DNA of 64,000 nt from an uncultured Chloroflexia bacterium. Its GTDB lineage: Bacteria > Chloroflexota > Anaerolineae > Anaerolineales > E44-bin32. Both the position numbers and the translations under genes were made by a program. This document shows positions 51,292 through 61,691 of the stretch, one piece after another. Position 1 is the first letter of the stretch; each line of letters starts with the position of its first letter. The notes beneath the pieces are model-generated. The model searched no databases and was not told the DNA's origin. It was given only the letters and a program-made list of their open reading frames with translations. Where the stretch lies: contig CAVUPD010000009.1 in assembly GCA_963743255.1 (NCBI GenBank), forward strand, positions 310,862 to 374,861. The letters are read 5' to 3'.

Positions 51292-52635
51292 GTGCCCAAG
51301 ACCGAGAAGCCCGCCGACGAGATCGCCCGCATCCTCGAATCGGCCCGGCGCCTGGGCGTCGAGCTCAACGAGGACGAGGCGCTGCAGTGGCTGACAGCTA
51401 TGGCCGCCGGACCCGGCGGCGGGGACGTGGTCGTCGACATGCGCGCCGGGGTGTTCGGCCACCGGGTCACGATGCTCGACTTCTCCCCCGAGGAGCTGGC
51501 CTACTTCCGCCGCGTCGGCCAACTGGTCGAGTTCCAGGACGAGCCGGGCGTGGTCGAAACCGCCCTGGCGCTCTCCGGCTCGGCCGCCCAATCGAAGATC
51601 CAGTCCTACCCGGGCGACTGCGACTTTTTCGAGCGGGTCAACATCCGCACGGCCACGCGCCCCGAATGCATCGCCATCCTCTCGCGGTTGATCCGCGACA
51701 AAGCCCTCCAGACAGAGAAGGGCGCCACGCACCAGTTGATCGAGGTCAAATTCGGCTCGTTCCCGGCCGGGGTCGTCCGCGCCGGCCAGACGCTCAAACC
51801 CGGCAGCCCCATCAGTTGGACCCCGGCCGAGATCCGGGCCGGTAAGATCGAGCTCCAATCGTCCGACGGCGCGCCGCTCACGATCAACTGGGACCAGGCG
51901 GCGCAAGATCCAGGATGGACCAAACTCGACTGGGTGGTCGCCGACCCGCTGCGTGGACAGCTTTCCAACGCCACCAACATGCTCGACGTCACCTGGGAGG
52001 CTCCCGATGGAACGATCACGCCGCTCGACGGGTACCTCGATCCGTACTTCCAGGAGGTGTACCTCGAAGCCGGGTCGATCCCGATCTTCTCCAAGCTGGC
52101 CAAGCACGTCTCGGCCGACGCGCTCGATGAATACGTCGCCCAGCTGCAGAAAGAGGTCCACAAGTACCTGGGCAAGGACCTGAATTACGGCAAGGCCGCC
52201 AAGCGCATGTACAACATCTTCCGCCTCACCGGGCGCTACGAGGAGGCGGCCTTCATCCGCGAACTGTTCGACGAGCCGGCCACCGTCCTGTATCAGGTGT
52301 GGTCGCTGATCCGCACGCTCGACGACACGCTCGTCCCCGGCTCGAGCATCCCGCTCGAGGCGATCCAGCGCCAGGCCGACGTGCTGATCGCCGAGGTCCG
52401 CGACGTTCTCGAGGGGACGCAGGAGATCGAGATCGTCCGCCGGCTTGAGCGGCTGCGCGATACGCTCGGCGACGAAGCCGGCCGGCTGGCCTGGACGACG
52501 CAGGCCGAAGCCGCCCGCGGCGAGGTGATCAACCTGGTCAACAACTTCTTCCACAGCAAGCTGACCGGCCATCCGGCCATCCGCGTGTACATCGACGAAC
52601 AGCAGCATCCCTGGAGGGCGCGATGGGCGGACTGA
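51292..52635 (+). CDS. Pol-beta-fold nucleotidyltransferase, cGAS/OAS/CD-NTase-like active-site pattern (tentative)
   Basis: Intact ORF with LSGSAAQSKIQSYPGDCDFFERV (G[GS]..DxD), later KLDWVVAD, and a long helical C-terminal half. GTG at 51292 follows GGAGGA. The ORF is open from 51190. Confidence 0.6.
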   Translation: MPKTEKPADEIARILESARRLGVELNEDEALQWLTAMAAGPGGGDVVVDMRAGVFGHRVTMLDFSPEELAYFRRVGQLVEFQDEPGVVETALALSGSAAQSKIQSYPGDCDFFERVNIRTATRPECIAILSRLIRDKALQTEKGATHQLIEVKFGSFPAGVVRAGQTLKPGSPISWTPAEIRAGKIELQSSDGAPLTINWDQAAQDPGWTKLDWVVADPLRGQLSNATNMLDVTWEAPDGTITPLDGYLDPYFQEVYLEAGSIPIFSKLAKHVSADALDEYVAQLQKEVHKYLGKDLNYGKAAKRMYNIFRLTGRYEEAAFIRELFDEPATVLYQVWSLIRTLDDTLVPGSSIPLEAIQRQADVLIAEVRDVLEGTQEIEIVRRLERLRDTLGDEAGRLAWTTQAEAARGEVINLVNNFFHSKLTGHPAIRVYIDEQQHPWRARWAD

Positions 52636-53303
52636 TCGAACAGGCGGGCGGCCGCAGCCCGGAGCGGGCACTGAACCGGGCGCGAGAGGTGTGGGCGGAG
52701 AGCATGCTCCGCCCAATCGACGAGCTCGGGCAGGCGCTGCGCCAGCGCGAACCGATGGGCATCGCTCTGCGCGCCGGCTGCACGTTCGACGGTCACACGC
52801 TGCTGCTCGATTACTGGGGACAGCCGGTGCGCCTGACGTGGCCCGAACTGGCCGCCGAGCGCGTGGCGGACGGTAAGCCGTGCTCGACCTTCGACCAGGC
52901 GATGCTGCTCTACTACTTGGACTGCGCCGACGGCGCGCCGCTGGCTGACCAATGGATCGGATACCGCGAGCTGCCCGACGGCGCCTTCTACCACCAGGCC
53001 TATCAGGGCTACAGCGGCAACCGGCTTGCGCAGGCATTCGGCACTCGGCCGGAGGCCTTCGCACCCGCTGCGCTGGCACTGGGTGGCGAGCCGATCACCG
53101 GCCTGGGCACGACGGCCTTCGCCTTCCAACCGCTGCCGCGCATCCGCCTGGCAGCCGTGCTATGGCCGGGCGACGACGAGTTCGCCGCGCGCGGGGCGGT
53201 GCTATTCGACGCCGCCTCCAGCCATTACATGACGACTGACGGGCTGGCGCTGCTCGGCGGCGGGCTGGCCGGCCGGCTGGCACGCCCGGTGCCCGCGGGC
53301 TGA
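52623..53303 (+). CDS. DUF3786-like protein (tentative)
   Basis: Intact 226-aa ORF. Its start overlaps the upstream stop by 13 nt. The family call is from memory of the pattern ..LLLDYWGQPV..LLYYL..G.WIGYRELPDG.FY... Confidence 0.5.
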   Translation: MGGLIEQAGGRSPERALNRAREVWAESMLRPIDELGQALRQREPMGIALRAGCTFDGHTLLLDYWGQPVRLTWPELAAERVADGKPCSTFDQAMLLYYLDCADGAPLADQWIGYRELPDGAFYHQAYQGYSGNRLAQAFGTRPEAFAPAALALGGEPITGLGTTAFAFQPLPRIRLAAVLWPGDDEFAARGAVLFDAASSHYMTTDGLALLGGGLAGRLARPVPAG

Positions 53304-53337
53304 CCACCCTGATCAATTCCCCCGGGGAGACATCGAA

Positions 53338-54256
53338 TTGATTCAACCGCCGCGCTCGATCCTGGCCCAGGTCTTCGTCTCTCCCGATGAGCGCCGGCTG
53401 CGCGCCGGTTGGCGGCTCGTGCTGCAGTCGATCGTGCTGCTGATCCTGCTGACGCTGGTATCGATCGCCGTCCTGATCATCTCGTTCGTCCTCAGGCTGG
53501 ACCTCAACCTCCTGCAACCACTGGCGCTCGTCAATCTGCTCCCCACGACCATCGCCATGACGTTGTCGGTTTGGATCGCACGGCGGCTGTTCGACCGGCG
53601 CTCGTTCGTCTCGCTCGGGCTCCAACTCGATCCCCTCGCCCTGCCCGATGTGGTAGTCGGCTTCCTGATCGCCGGCGTGATGATGGGCGTGATCTATGCC
53701 ATCGAGGCCGCCGCCGGTTGGCTGCGTTTCGATGGTTGGGCTTGGCAAACGCTCCCGGCCGGCACGGTCGCCCTCGGGCTGTTTTCCGGACTGGTGGCCT
53801 TCACACTGGTTGGGTTTCAGGAGGAGCTGCTCCACCGCGGGTACATCCTGCAGAACGTGCGCGACGGGATGGACCTGCGCTGGGGGCTGTTGCTCTCGTC
53901 CGGCATCTTCGCCCTGATGCATCTGGGGAACCCGAATGCTACCTGGTACTCCATCCTCCCCGGGCTGACCGCCGCCGGGTTCTTTCTTGCCTTCGGGTGG
54001 GTGCGCACGCGCCAGCTGTGGCTGCCGATCGGTGTGCACATCGGGTGGAACTTCTTCGAAGGCATCGTCTTTGGCTTTCCGGTTAGCGGGATCGACGTCG
54101 TCGGGTCTGGTTCGCCAGACGCCAACCGGCCCGACCTACCTGACCGGCGGCCCGTTTGGCCCCGAGGCCGGCCTGCTCCTGGTGCCCGCCCTGGCAGTCG
54201 GCATCGGCCTGATCTGGCTCCACACACGGAGGCGCCTCGCCTCTTCGGCCGGCTGA
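53338..54256 (+). CDS. CPBP (CAAX/Abi) family intramembrane glutamic endopeptidase; one frameshift near 54100
   Basis: FQEELLHRGY (EExxxR), IFALMHLGN (FxxxH), IGVHIGWNF. Multiple TM helices. TTG start at 53338. The tail is in ORF 53987..54256. Confidence 0.75.
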
Positions 54257-54430
54257 GCCCGGTCCTTTCAGCGCCCTCCCCTTCCCAAGCGCTCCACCTC
54301 AGGGCGCATCCCCCATATGTGGGATGCCACCTTCGACGCTCCCCACAAGTCGACCCTTGACAGAATAGAACTGCTGTTCTACTCTCATTGGTAGTTAGAA
54401 CATGCGTTCTTTCAACCAAGGAGGACCATC

Positions 54431-55031
54431 ATGTCGACCTATGCTTCGCCCTCGAATGCGCTTCCCGGATCGGCACTGCCGGTTGACCTTGCCCGGCGCC
54501 TCGTCTCCCGGCTGTCGATCCGCCGTGCCACCGCCTTCGGGCTGATCATGCTCGGCGCGCTGGTGGCGTTCGAGTTCTTCAACTACGGGACGACCGAGTT
54601 CGCCCTGCGCGACCTGATGGGCGACCTGACCTTCGGCGCGGTGCGTTGGTCGGTGGTGCTGGCGCTGGCGTTCTGCGGGATGGACTTCGCCGGCATCGCC
54701 CGCCTTCTCACTCCCGAGAAGGGCCCGCGCACGTCGACCGAATCCTGGTACCTGCTCGGCGCCGTGGGCGGTCGCGGCGGCGATGAACGGCATGCTCACC
54801 TGGTGGGCCGTGTCGCTGGCGGTGCTGTCGCATCCCGGGCTGGGCAACGAGATTGTCGGCCGGCAGGAACTGATCCGAAGCGTGCCGGTGTTCGTGGCGC
54901 TGCTCGTGCTGCTGATCCGTGTGCTGATCATCGGGTCGTTTACGCTCGGCAGCGGCCGGTTGTTCGCCGCCGACGAGCGCCGCTCACAGCTGATGCTCCG
55001 GCCGCTGGCCGGCCGCTCGCAAGCGCCCTGA
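54431..55031 (+). CDS. Hypothetical membrane protein; one frameshift near 54770
   Basis: TM helices AFGLIMLGALVAFEFF, WSVVLALAFCGMDFAGI, then MNGMLTWWAVSLAVL.. and VFVALLVLLIRVLIIG in ORF 54783..55031. Confidence 0.5.
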
Positions 55032-55173
55032 CGTACGCGGTGCAAACGTTCCGGTGGGACGCCCGGTTCGCCGCGAGCCCGCCAACGTCCCGGCCCCGGC
55101 GTTCATTCACAGCAACAAGTCGTGATCGCCTCCTCCTCCCGCTCGCTGCCGCGGGACATGGAGCCCCCCGGGC

Positions 55174-55824
55174 TTGCAGGCATCGCCCGGGGGGCTCACC
55201 GCGCCGCTCTGGCTGGCGCGGGCAGTCCCACTCCTGCTGGCCGCCGCCGCGTTCGCCGCCGCAATCCCCATCGGTTCCACGCTGATCCAGCGGATCAACT
55301 CGACGCCTGCGTCGGAAACAGGGGTGAGCCAGAGCAGCCTCCCCGCGCTCTTCACGCCCGAAGTCCAGCGTTGGTCGTCCAAGATCGAAACCTGGTCGGC
55401 GCGCTACGGGTTGCCCGCGGCTCTGGTCGCCACGGTAATGCAGATCGAATCGTGCGGCGACCCAGGAGCGCATTCCGGCGCCGGCGCGCAGGGTCTGTTC
55501 CAGGTCATGCCTTTCCACTTCTCCTCCGGCGAGGCGGCGTTTGATCCCGAGACCAATGCACGTCGCGGGCTAGCCTACCTGGCCGGAAGCCTCCGCTTGG
55601 CCAAAGGACGCGTCGATCTGGCCCTGGCCGGGTTTAACGGCGGGCACTCACGAATCGCACAATCCGCCGAGCTGTGGCCCGATGAGACCCGGCGCTACGT
55701 CGCCTGGGGGTCGGCCATTTATGCCGACGCCGCATCCGGCCGTACGGATTCCCCGGCGCTCAACGCCTGGCTGGATGCCGGAGGGGCGCGCCTGTGTCGC
55801 GCCGCCTCGGCCGTTGACGCGTAG
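55174..55824 (+). CDS. Lytic transglycosylase (SLT domain) with signal anchor; start uncertain
   Basis: VMQIESCGDP (catalytic Glu), GAQGLFQVMP, AGFNGG. Confidence 0.8.
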   Translation: MQASPGGLTAPLWLARAVPLLLAAAAFAAAIPIGSTLIQRINSTPASETGVSQSSLPALFTPEVQRWSSKIETWSARYGLPAALVATVMQIESCGDPGAHSGAGAQGLFQVMPFHFSSGEAAFDPETNARRGLAYLAGSLRLAKGRVDLALAGFNGGHSRIAQSAELWPDETRRYVAWGSAIYADAASGRTDSPALNAWLDAGGARLCRAASAVDA

Positions 55825-56545
55825 GGGCGGGTTTGAAACCCGCCCCACGTGCTCGCGTAGCCTCTTCACTCCTCGAACAGGCGATTCGCTCAGGCTGAAG
55901 CCTCCGGCTACCTGCCCGTCATCGAGCGGATGCTTGGGGGGAGGTCTGCTTCACGGCGCCTGTAGACGCAGCCTTTGGGCTGCGTCTTCGCCCTGGCCGC
56001 ACGCGCCTCTCCCGACCGCACGTAGGGGCACGGCATGCCGTGCCCCTACCCAAACCGCGCAGGTGAGTCTCCCTGTCGCCCTCCAATTCCGGTGCGGGTT
56101 CTCGCGGCCGGGTGTCGATCGCCAGGGTTACACGCAGGCTGAAGCCTGCGGCTACCTGCCGCGAGCTAGCTGATCATCGTTTGTTGATACCCCTCACTGC
56201 GCGCGGCCGCGGCCGGATGGCGATCGCCGGAGATGCACGCAGGCTGAAGCCTGCGGTTACTTGCCGCAAGCTAGCTAATGATCGTTTGTTGATGCCCCTC
56301 ACTGCGCGCGTGGCCGCGGCCCGCACGCGCTCCTCCCGACCACACGTAGGGGCACGGCGTGCCGTGCCCCTACCGGACCCGCGCGCAGGCGACTCTCCCA
56401 TCCCGTTCCATGTTAATCTCGGCGCGGCTTGCCGCGGCCGCGTGTCGATCGCCGGGGTTGCAGTCCCCCCGAAATCGGGCGGCTCCTCGTTTGTGGCCTC
56501 TCCCCACGGCGCTGGTAGCCGCAGCCTTTCGGCTGCGGCCTCGCC
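55821..56545. repeat. Cluster of REP-like hairpins, including a ~105-bp tandem duplication
   Basis: GTAGGGGCGGGTTTGAAACCCGCCCC at 55821..55848. GTAGGGGCACGGC(A/G)TGCCGTGCCCCTAC at 56022..56049 and 56346..56373. CAGGCTGAAGCCTGCGGCTACCTGCC copies. GTAG(A/C)CGCAGCCTTTNGGCTGCG hairpins. Tandem units at about 56112..56216 and 56216..56320. Confidence 0.85.
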
Positions 56546-56700
56546 TCGGCCGCAGGCAATCCCCTGGACCCATGGCACGGCCGGGGAATCGTGCGAGAAT
56601 GGGCTGAGCCGACGCGCCCTGAGCCTTCCAAGAACACACGACGCAAGAAACGCGGACTCGCATTCGTCCGCGCAGGGGCCCCCGATCAAAGGAGCGGAGC

Positions 56701-57033
56701 ATGTCTGCGGCTTTCAGCATCCGCAAGTCCACCAACGGCCAGTTCCACTTCAACCTCAAGGCGGCCAACAACAAGATCATCCTGTCCAGCGAGACCTACC
56801 GCAACAAGGGCGGCGCCCAGGCAGGCATCCAATCCGTCAAGACAAACTGCGCCGCGGACGGCCGCTACGAGCGCAGGAAATCGGCCAAGGGTCAGCCCTA
56901 CTTCGTCCTCGTCGCCGCCAACAAAGAAATCATCGGACGGAGCGAAATGTACTCGTCCAAGTCGGCGATGGAGCGCGGCATCGCTTCGGTGAAGCGCAAC
57001 GGGCGAAAGGCTGCCATCCGGGGCGAAGCCTGA
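56701..57033 (+). CDS. YegP (DUF1508/UPF0339) family protein
   Basis: Intact 110-aa ORF with two tandem repeats, STNGQFHFNLKAANNKIILSSETY and SAKGQPYFVLVAANKEIIGRSEMY. Confidence 0.8.
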   Translation: MSAAFSIRKSTNGQFHFNLKAANNKIILSSETYRNKGGAQAGIQSVKTNCAADGRYERRKSAKGQPYFVLVAANKEIIGRSEMYSSKSAMERGIASVKRNGRKAAIRGEA

Positions 57034-57131
57034 GTTGTCATGCGCGGGCTACGAGACAACTCGGCGGCCGCCTCATGACGCCAGCCTCCCACATACTTGG
57101 GGCCCCCGTTCGATCGGCTGCACCACGGCCC

Positions 57132-57629
57132 ATGGCTAAGCCCGCTCGCATTCTGTCCCCGCATCTGAAGATTTGCAGAGCGACGATTGCTGACGCCCCG
57201 GTCGTCGGCGAGATCACGGACCTCGCGTATGGTCGATACGTGCCGCTCCTCGGACGCAAGCCCCAGCCCATGACGGCCGATCATCAGTCGATGATCGTCG
57301 AGCATGCGGTCTGGCTGCTGGTCGACGAAGCGGGGCCGCTCGGCGTCCTGGAGTTGATCCCCGAGCCCGACTGCATCCTGATCTTCAGCGTGGCCGTCCA
57401 CCCCGAGTCCCAGAGGCAGGGGCTCGGCCGCCAACTGCTCGAGTGGGCAGAGCGCGAGACGGAATGCGCGGGCCGCACCCGCATCCGCCTGTACACCAAC
57501 GCACTCATGGACGATAACCTCGGGCTTTATGCTCGGCTCGGTTACACTGAGACCAAGCGCGAGCCCTACCTTGGCTCGACGCTGGTACACATGGCCAAGC
57601 TGATCGCGAACAAATTGCCCTCCGGGTGA
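57132..57629 (+). CDS. GNAT family N-acetyltransferase
   Basis: VAVHPESQRQGLGRQLLEWAE acetyl-CoA motif. An alternative ATG is at 57075. The upstream 340 codons of ORF 56112..57629 are repeat and antisense read-through. Confidence 0.75.
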   Translation: MAKPARILSPHLKICRATIADAPVVGEITDLAYGRYVPLLGRKPQPMTADHQSMIVEHAVWLLVDEAGPLGVLELIPEPDCILIFSVAVHPESQRQGLGRQLLEWAERETECAGRTRIRLYTNALMDDNLGLYARLGYTETKREPYLGSTLVHMAKLIANKLPSG

Positions 57630-57695
57630 CGGGGCCCCGGAGGGGAGTGCGATCGCTCGGATCAACCGGTCGTGACCGGTCCCTAGGAGGTCGGT

Positions 57696-58175
57696 ATGTT
57701 CGGATCACGGCAACAGCAGCTCTCCGATCTGGCCATCGCTTATCAAGCGTTCGTGGACGCCGCCGCAGCGTTGTCGCGCGAGGCGCTCCTGCGCTCACTC
57801 GGCGACTGGACGCCGCGGGACATCGTCGCCCACTTCATCGGCTGGAACCGAATCACGCTCGTCGGCTGTGCCGAACTGCGCGAGCGCGTCGAGCCCTTCT
57901 ATTTCCACGACGGCACCAATGATTACCGCGTAATCAACGCCGGTTTCTTCCGTCGATTCGGCACTCGCGAACCCGATCAGTTACTGGGCGAGACGGCGGC
58001 CACGATGCAAGCACTCGTGATCTACCTGGGGACCGTACCGGAGGCAGAGTGGGATGCCGACACGGGGATCGTGCACTACCGGGGCGGCCCGGCGACGCCC
58101 GCCCGATGCGTCGACTCACTGATCCGCGACTACCGCAAGCACCGCGACGAGATCCTCGCCGCCCCGGCAAGGTAG
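57696..58175 (+). CDS. DinB-superfamily four-helix-bundle protein (tentative)
   Basis: Intact 159-aa ORF. WTPRDIVAHFIGWN and C-terminal ..HRDEI resemble DinB-like metal-binding His positions. Confidence 0.55.
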   Translation: MFGSRQQQLSDLAIAYQAFVDAAAALSREALLRSLGDWTPRDIVAHFIGWNRITLVGCAELRERVEPFYFHDGTNDYRVINAGFFRRFGTREPDQLLGETAATMQALVIYLGTVPEAEWDADTGIVHYRGGPATPARCVDSLIRDYRKHRDEILAAPAR

Positions 58176-58245
58176 GCACAAGCCTCCACATGCTGCGGCC
58201 GCCGCCCTCGCCTCTGGCCGCGGCGCGCGGCCAGGGAAGAAAACA

Positions 58246-58269
58246 GGCCCGCCTGGTCTAAGGCGGGCC
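58246..58269. terminator. GC-rich hairpin between convergent genes
   Basis: GGCCCGCC-tggtctaa-GGCGGGCC lies between the + gene ending at 58175 and the - gene ending at 58302. A-rich on the left. There is no clear T tract for the minus gene. Confidence 0.45.
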
Positions 58270-58301
58270 CACGTCTTCCGGCTGTCGTCCTGCTTCGCCG
58301 C

Positions 58302-59693
58302 TTACGGACTCCGCGGGACATCCGCGCAACCGCTTCCACTTTGTGGAAGCCATACCGAAAAGGTGGTTCCCTTCCCAACCTCCGACGCGACCTCCAGCCG
58401 GCCGTCGTGGCTGCGCGTGATCCAGTAGGCGATGGAAAGCCCGAGCCCCGCGCCGCCCTGCCCGGTCCGCCGGCGCGAACGATCGACGCGGTAGAACCGC
58501 TCGAAGATGTGCGGTAGCTCATCCTGCGGGATGCCGGGGCCGGTGTCCGAGACCGTCACCCGCGCCCAATCCCCTACGCACGCCAGCCCGAGGGTCACCG
58601 TCCCGCCGGGAGGCGTGTACTCGATGGCGTTCGACGTCAGGTTGAGCAGCACCTGCTTCAGGCGGTCCCGGTCGCCCATCACCCGCGCCTGGTCCTCCTG
58701 GCCGAGCCGCACCTCGACCCGTTCCTTCGCCAGCACCTTCGATTGCTGGAAGACTTCCAGCACCAGCGTGTCCAGCTCGAGCTCCGCCCGGCCCAAGGGC
58801 AGCTTGCCCGATTCAGCCTGGGTCAGCACGAGGATATCTTGCACCAGGCGCTTCATGCGCTGCGTTTCACTGCTGATCGCCTCCAGCGACTCGGCGTCCA
58901 GGTGTCCCATCTTGCGCATCAGGTCGAGGTTGCCGAGGACGGTGGTCAGGGGAGTGCGCAGCTCGTGTGACACGTCGGCCAGGAAGCGACGCTGCGTCTC
59001 AAACAGATTCTCCAGGCGTTCGAGTGTTTCATTGAAGGCCAGGATCAAACGGCCGACCTCACCTTGCGCCGGGCCGCTGAGCGGAATGCGGCGTGACAGG
59101 TCATCGGCGCGTGTGATCTGGAGTGCCGTCTTGGTCACTTGTTCCAGCGGCCGCAACGCCGCCGCCGCCGTGGTCCATCCAACCAATGCTGCCAACATCA
59201 CGGCCATCAGCCCGCCGCTCAGCAGCAACACCAGCAACGCGCGTTCAGCTTCATCGACCGTCGTCAGCGGGCTGGCCAACTGCATCGTACCTACGACCGT
59301 CCCCTCCGGCTGGGCCACGAGCGGATAGGTCAGCACGCGCAGGTGGATGTCCTCGAAAGTCACCTCGGAATAGGCTGCCTGGGCAAGCTCCAGGCGCGTC
59401 GGATCGAAGGGGGTCTCGGCCACCGTGACGTTCTGCACCACCAGATTCCCGCCGGTGTCCCAGATCTGGACGTAGACGTTCGCACTCAGGTCGAGCGCCA
59501 TCGGGGGCAGGCGGATGCCTTCCACCTCGCGCCGGAAGGCCAGCCGGATTTCGTCGGCGGCAGAGTTGAGGGTGGCGTCGATCTGGCGGATCAAGCTCAG
59601 CGAGAGCAGAGCGTAGACGGCGAGGCCGAAAGCCAACAGGACCAACGCCAGGACGGCGGTATACCACAACGTCAGCCGGGCACGAAGCGTCAC
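58302..59693 (-). CDS. Sensor histidine kinase (2 TM, HAMP, HisKA, HATPase_c)
   Basis: Intact ORF with H-box [10 protein letters not shown]1 DTGPGI and G2 GAGLGLSI. It overlaps the regulator stop by 4 nt. Confidence 0.9.
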   Translation of the reverse strand: MTLRARLTLWYTAVLALVLLAFGLAVYALLSLSLIRQIDATLNSAADEIRLAFRREVEGIRLPPMALDLSANVYVQIWDTGGNLVVQNVTVAETPFDPTRLELAQAAYSEVTFEDIHLRVLTYPLVAQPEGTVVGTMQLASPLTTVDEAERALLVLLLSGGLMAVMLAALVGWTTAAAALRPLEQVTKTALQITRADDLSRRIPLSGPAQGEVGRLILAFNETLERLENLFETQRRFLADVSHELRTPLTTVLGNLDLMRKMGHLDAESLEAISSETQRMKRLVQDILVLTQAESGKLPLGRAELELDTLVLEVFQQSKVLAKERVEVRLGQEDQARVMGDRDRLKQVLLNLTSNAIEYTPPGGTVTLGLACVGDWARVTVSDTGPGIPQDELPHIFERFYRVDRSRRRTGQGGAGLGLSIAYWITRSHDGRLEVASEVGKGTTFSVWLPQSGSGCADVPRSP

Positions 59694-60367
59694 GCCGTCT
59701 CTCGGAGCACGTAACCCACGCCGCGCACGGTGTGCAGCAGGCGCGGTTCGTCTTCGGCCTCGGTCTTCTGGCGCAGGTAGCGCACGTAGACTTCGATGAT
59801 GTTGCTTTCCCCGCCGAAGTCGTAGCCCCAGACGCGATCGTAAATCACTTCACGCGTCAGCACCTGGCGCGGGTGCTGCAGGAAGAGCTCGAGCAGCTCG
59901 TATTCCTTGGCCGTCAACTCGATCGGCCGCTCTCCGCGAAAGGCCTGGTGGGTCCCGGTATCCAGGCGCAAGTCGGCGAAGGTCAGGATCTCGGGGGCCT
60001 CCGGCTTGGCGCGCCGGAGGAGAGCACGCAGCCGTGCCAGGACCTCGTCCAGGGCGAACGGCTTGACCAGGTAGTCGTCGGCGCCGGCGTCGAGCCCTTG
60101 CACTCGGTCGGAGACCGCATCCTTGGCCGTCAGCATCAGGATCGGGACGTTGCTGGCCGCTCGCAGTCGCCGGCAGACTTCCAGGCCGTCGATGCCTGGG
60201 AGCATCCAATCCAGGATCACCAGGTCGGGCGGATTGTCGCGGGCCGAGGCCAGGCCGACGGTGCCGTCGATGGCGATCTCGACCCGGTAGCCCTCATAGA
60301 TCAGGCCGCGCCGCAGGAAGTTGAGTATCTTCTCCTCGTCCTCGATGACCAGGATGAGTTCGCGCAT
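59690..60367 (-). CDS. OmpR/PhoB-family response regulator
   Basis: Intact ORF with receiver [14 protein letters not shown] and winged-helix ..[11 protein letters not shown]. Confidence 0.9.
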   Translation of the reverse strand: MRELILVIEDEEKILNFLRRGLIYEGYRVEIAIDGTVGLASARDNPPDLVILDWMLPGIDGLEVCRRLRAASNVPILMLTAKDAVSDRVQGLDAGADDYLVKPFALDEVLARLRALLRRAKPEAPEILTFADLRLDTGTHQAFRGERPIELTAKEYELLELFLQHPRQVLTREVIYDRVWGYDFGGESNIIEVYVRYLRQKTEAEDEPRLLHTVRGVGYVLRETA

Positions 60368-60407
60368 GGTCGCCTCCGCCGCACGTCACTATCATACCCT
60401 CCCTGGC

Positions 60408-60446
60408 CGTTAAAGCCCCGAAGCCGCCCCCCGGGGCGGCTTCGGT
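60408..60446 (-). terminator. Hairpin downstream of rplL
   Basis: Minus strand CCGAAGCCGCCCCGGGGGGCGGCTTCGG followed by GGCTTTAA. It lies 17 nt after the rplL stop. Confidence 0.55.
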
Positions 60447-60462
60447 TGCGCGTGCGTCTCGG

Positions 60463-60843
60463 TTAGATGACCTCGACCTTGGCGCCGGCTGCTTCCAACT
60501 TGCCCTTGGCATCCATCGCCGCTTCCTTGCCGGCTGCCTCGAGCACCTTGGCGTTCGGCGTCTCGGCCAGGTCCTTGGCTTCCTTCAGGCCGAGATTGGT
60601 GATCTGCCGGATGGCCTTGATGACGTCGATCTTCTTCGGGCCGAGGTCCTTGATCACCACGGTAAACTCGGTCTTTTCTTCCGCCGCCTCGGCCGCGACT
60701 GCTCCGCCGGCCGGCATCATCGCCATGGCCATCGGCGCCGCCGCCGACACGCCCCACTTCTCCTCGAGCTTCTTCGTCAGTTCTGCTGCTTCGAGAACTG
60801 TCAGCTTGCTCAGTTCCTCGACCAGCTTGTCCAGATCAGCCAT
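60463..60843 (-). CDS. rplL: 50S ribosomal protein L7/L12
   Basis: Intact 126-aa [47 protein letters not shown].. Confidence 0.95.
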   Translation of the reverse strand: MADLDKLVEELSKLTVLEAAELTKKLEEKWGVSAAAPMAMAMMPAGGAVAAEAAEEKTEFTVVIKDLGPKKIDVIKAIRQITNLGLKEAKDLAETPNAKVLEAAGKEAAMDAKGKLEAAGAKVEVI

Positions 60844-60901
60844 TGTTCAGTGTCTCCTTCGATTCGATTCCTGATTCGCGGGCCCTAGCGGGCCCCTTCG
60901 A

Positions 60902-61435
60902 CTAGGCCGCCGCCTCGGCGGGCTTGTCGGCGTAGGCCTTGACCACCGTCGCCAGCTGGCGCGCCGGGGTAGCCAGAAGAGTCGCCAGGCGGGTCGCCGG
61001 TGTGTTGAGCAGGCCGAGAAGCTGCGCCCGCAGCACGGGCAGCGGCGGCATGTCGGCCAGGCGCACCATCTGGGCGGCATCGTAGGCGACGCCGTTCACC
61101 ACGCCGCCCTTCACCTTGACCTTGTCCGTCTCTTTCGAGAAGTCGACGATAGCCTTGGCCACCGCCAGCGGGTCTTCGGGGGCGAAGCCGACGGCGGTCG
61201 CACCCTGGAGCGCCTCGTCCGCCACCGTCAGGCCGGCTTCCTTCAAAGTCAGCCGCACCAGGCGGTTCTTGACGATATGGAACTCCCCGCCCAACTCGCG
61301 GACCTTGCGGCGCAGCCGCTCCACATCCTTCACCCGCAGTCCGGAGTAGCTCGCCAGCACGATCCCCTGGCTCTTGCCAACCAGGTCGCGGTAGTACTCC
61401 ACCATCGCCTGCTTACGTTCCTTTGAGAATGGCAA
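60902..61435 (-). CDS. rplJ: 50S ribosomal protein L10
   Basis: Intact 177-aa ORF, ..YSGLRVKDVERLRRKVRELGGEFHIVKNRL.. It is located directly upstream of rplL. Confidence 0.93.
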   Translation of the reverse strand: MPFSKERKQAMVEYYRDLVGKSQGIVLASYSGLRVKDVERLRRKVRELGGEFHIVKNRLVRLTLKEAGLTVADEALQGATAVGFAPEDPLAVAKAIVDFSKETDKVKVKGGVVNGVAYDAAQMVRLADMPPLPVLRAQLLGLLNTPATRLATLLATPARQLATVVKAYADKPAEAAA

Positions 61436-61493
61436 TTTCCCTCACCTCCTTTCACTGTTCGCGCCGCAAGCGCCGACGTGCTGCGGCCGGCAA

Positions 61494-61535
61494 CGAAAAA
61501 GTCTTTGCTTCGCGTTCGAGCCGCAGCAAAGACTC
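61494..61535 (-). terminator. Terminator/attenuator-like hairpin in the rplJ leader
   Basis: Minus strand GTCTTTGCTGCGG-CTCGAAC-GCGAAGCAAAGAC followed by TTTTTCG, in the 256-nt rplA-rplJ spacer. Confidence 0.5.
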
Positions 61536-61691
61536 TGGCAACCACCCGTACCCGGGACCGGAGGGGGTCGTTGAGCCTTCGCCTCGGCAGGAGATTAAGC
61601 CCCGCGCCTACGGGGCACCTGCGGTCTTGGGCGAAGCAAGTTGTCGGATACATCCCGCCGGGCGGGATGGACGAACCGTTGTCCCCGAACC

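Noticed and set aside
56112-57131. The N-terminal 340 codons of the 505-aa ORF 56112..57629.
   Set aside because: This part reads through the REP cluster and overlaps the well-supported YegP gene in another frame. Only the C-terminal GNAT domain (from 57075 or 57132) looks genuine.
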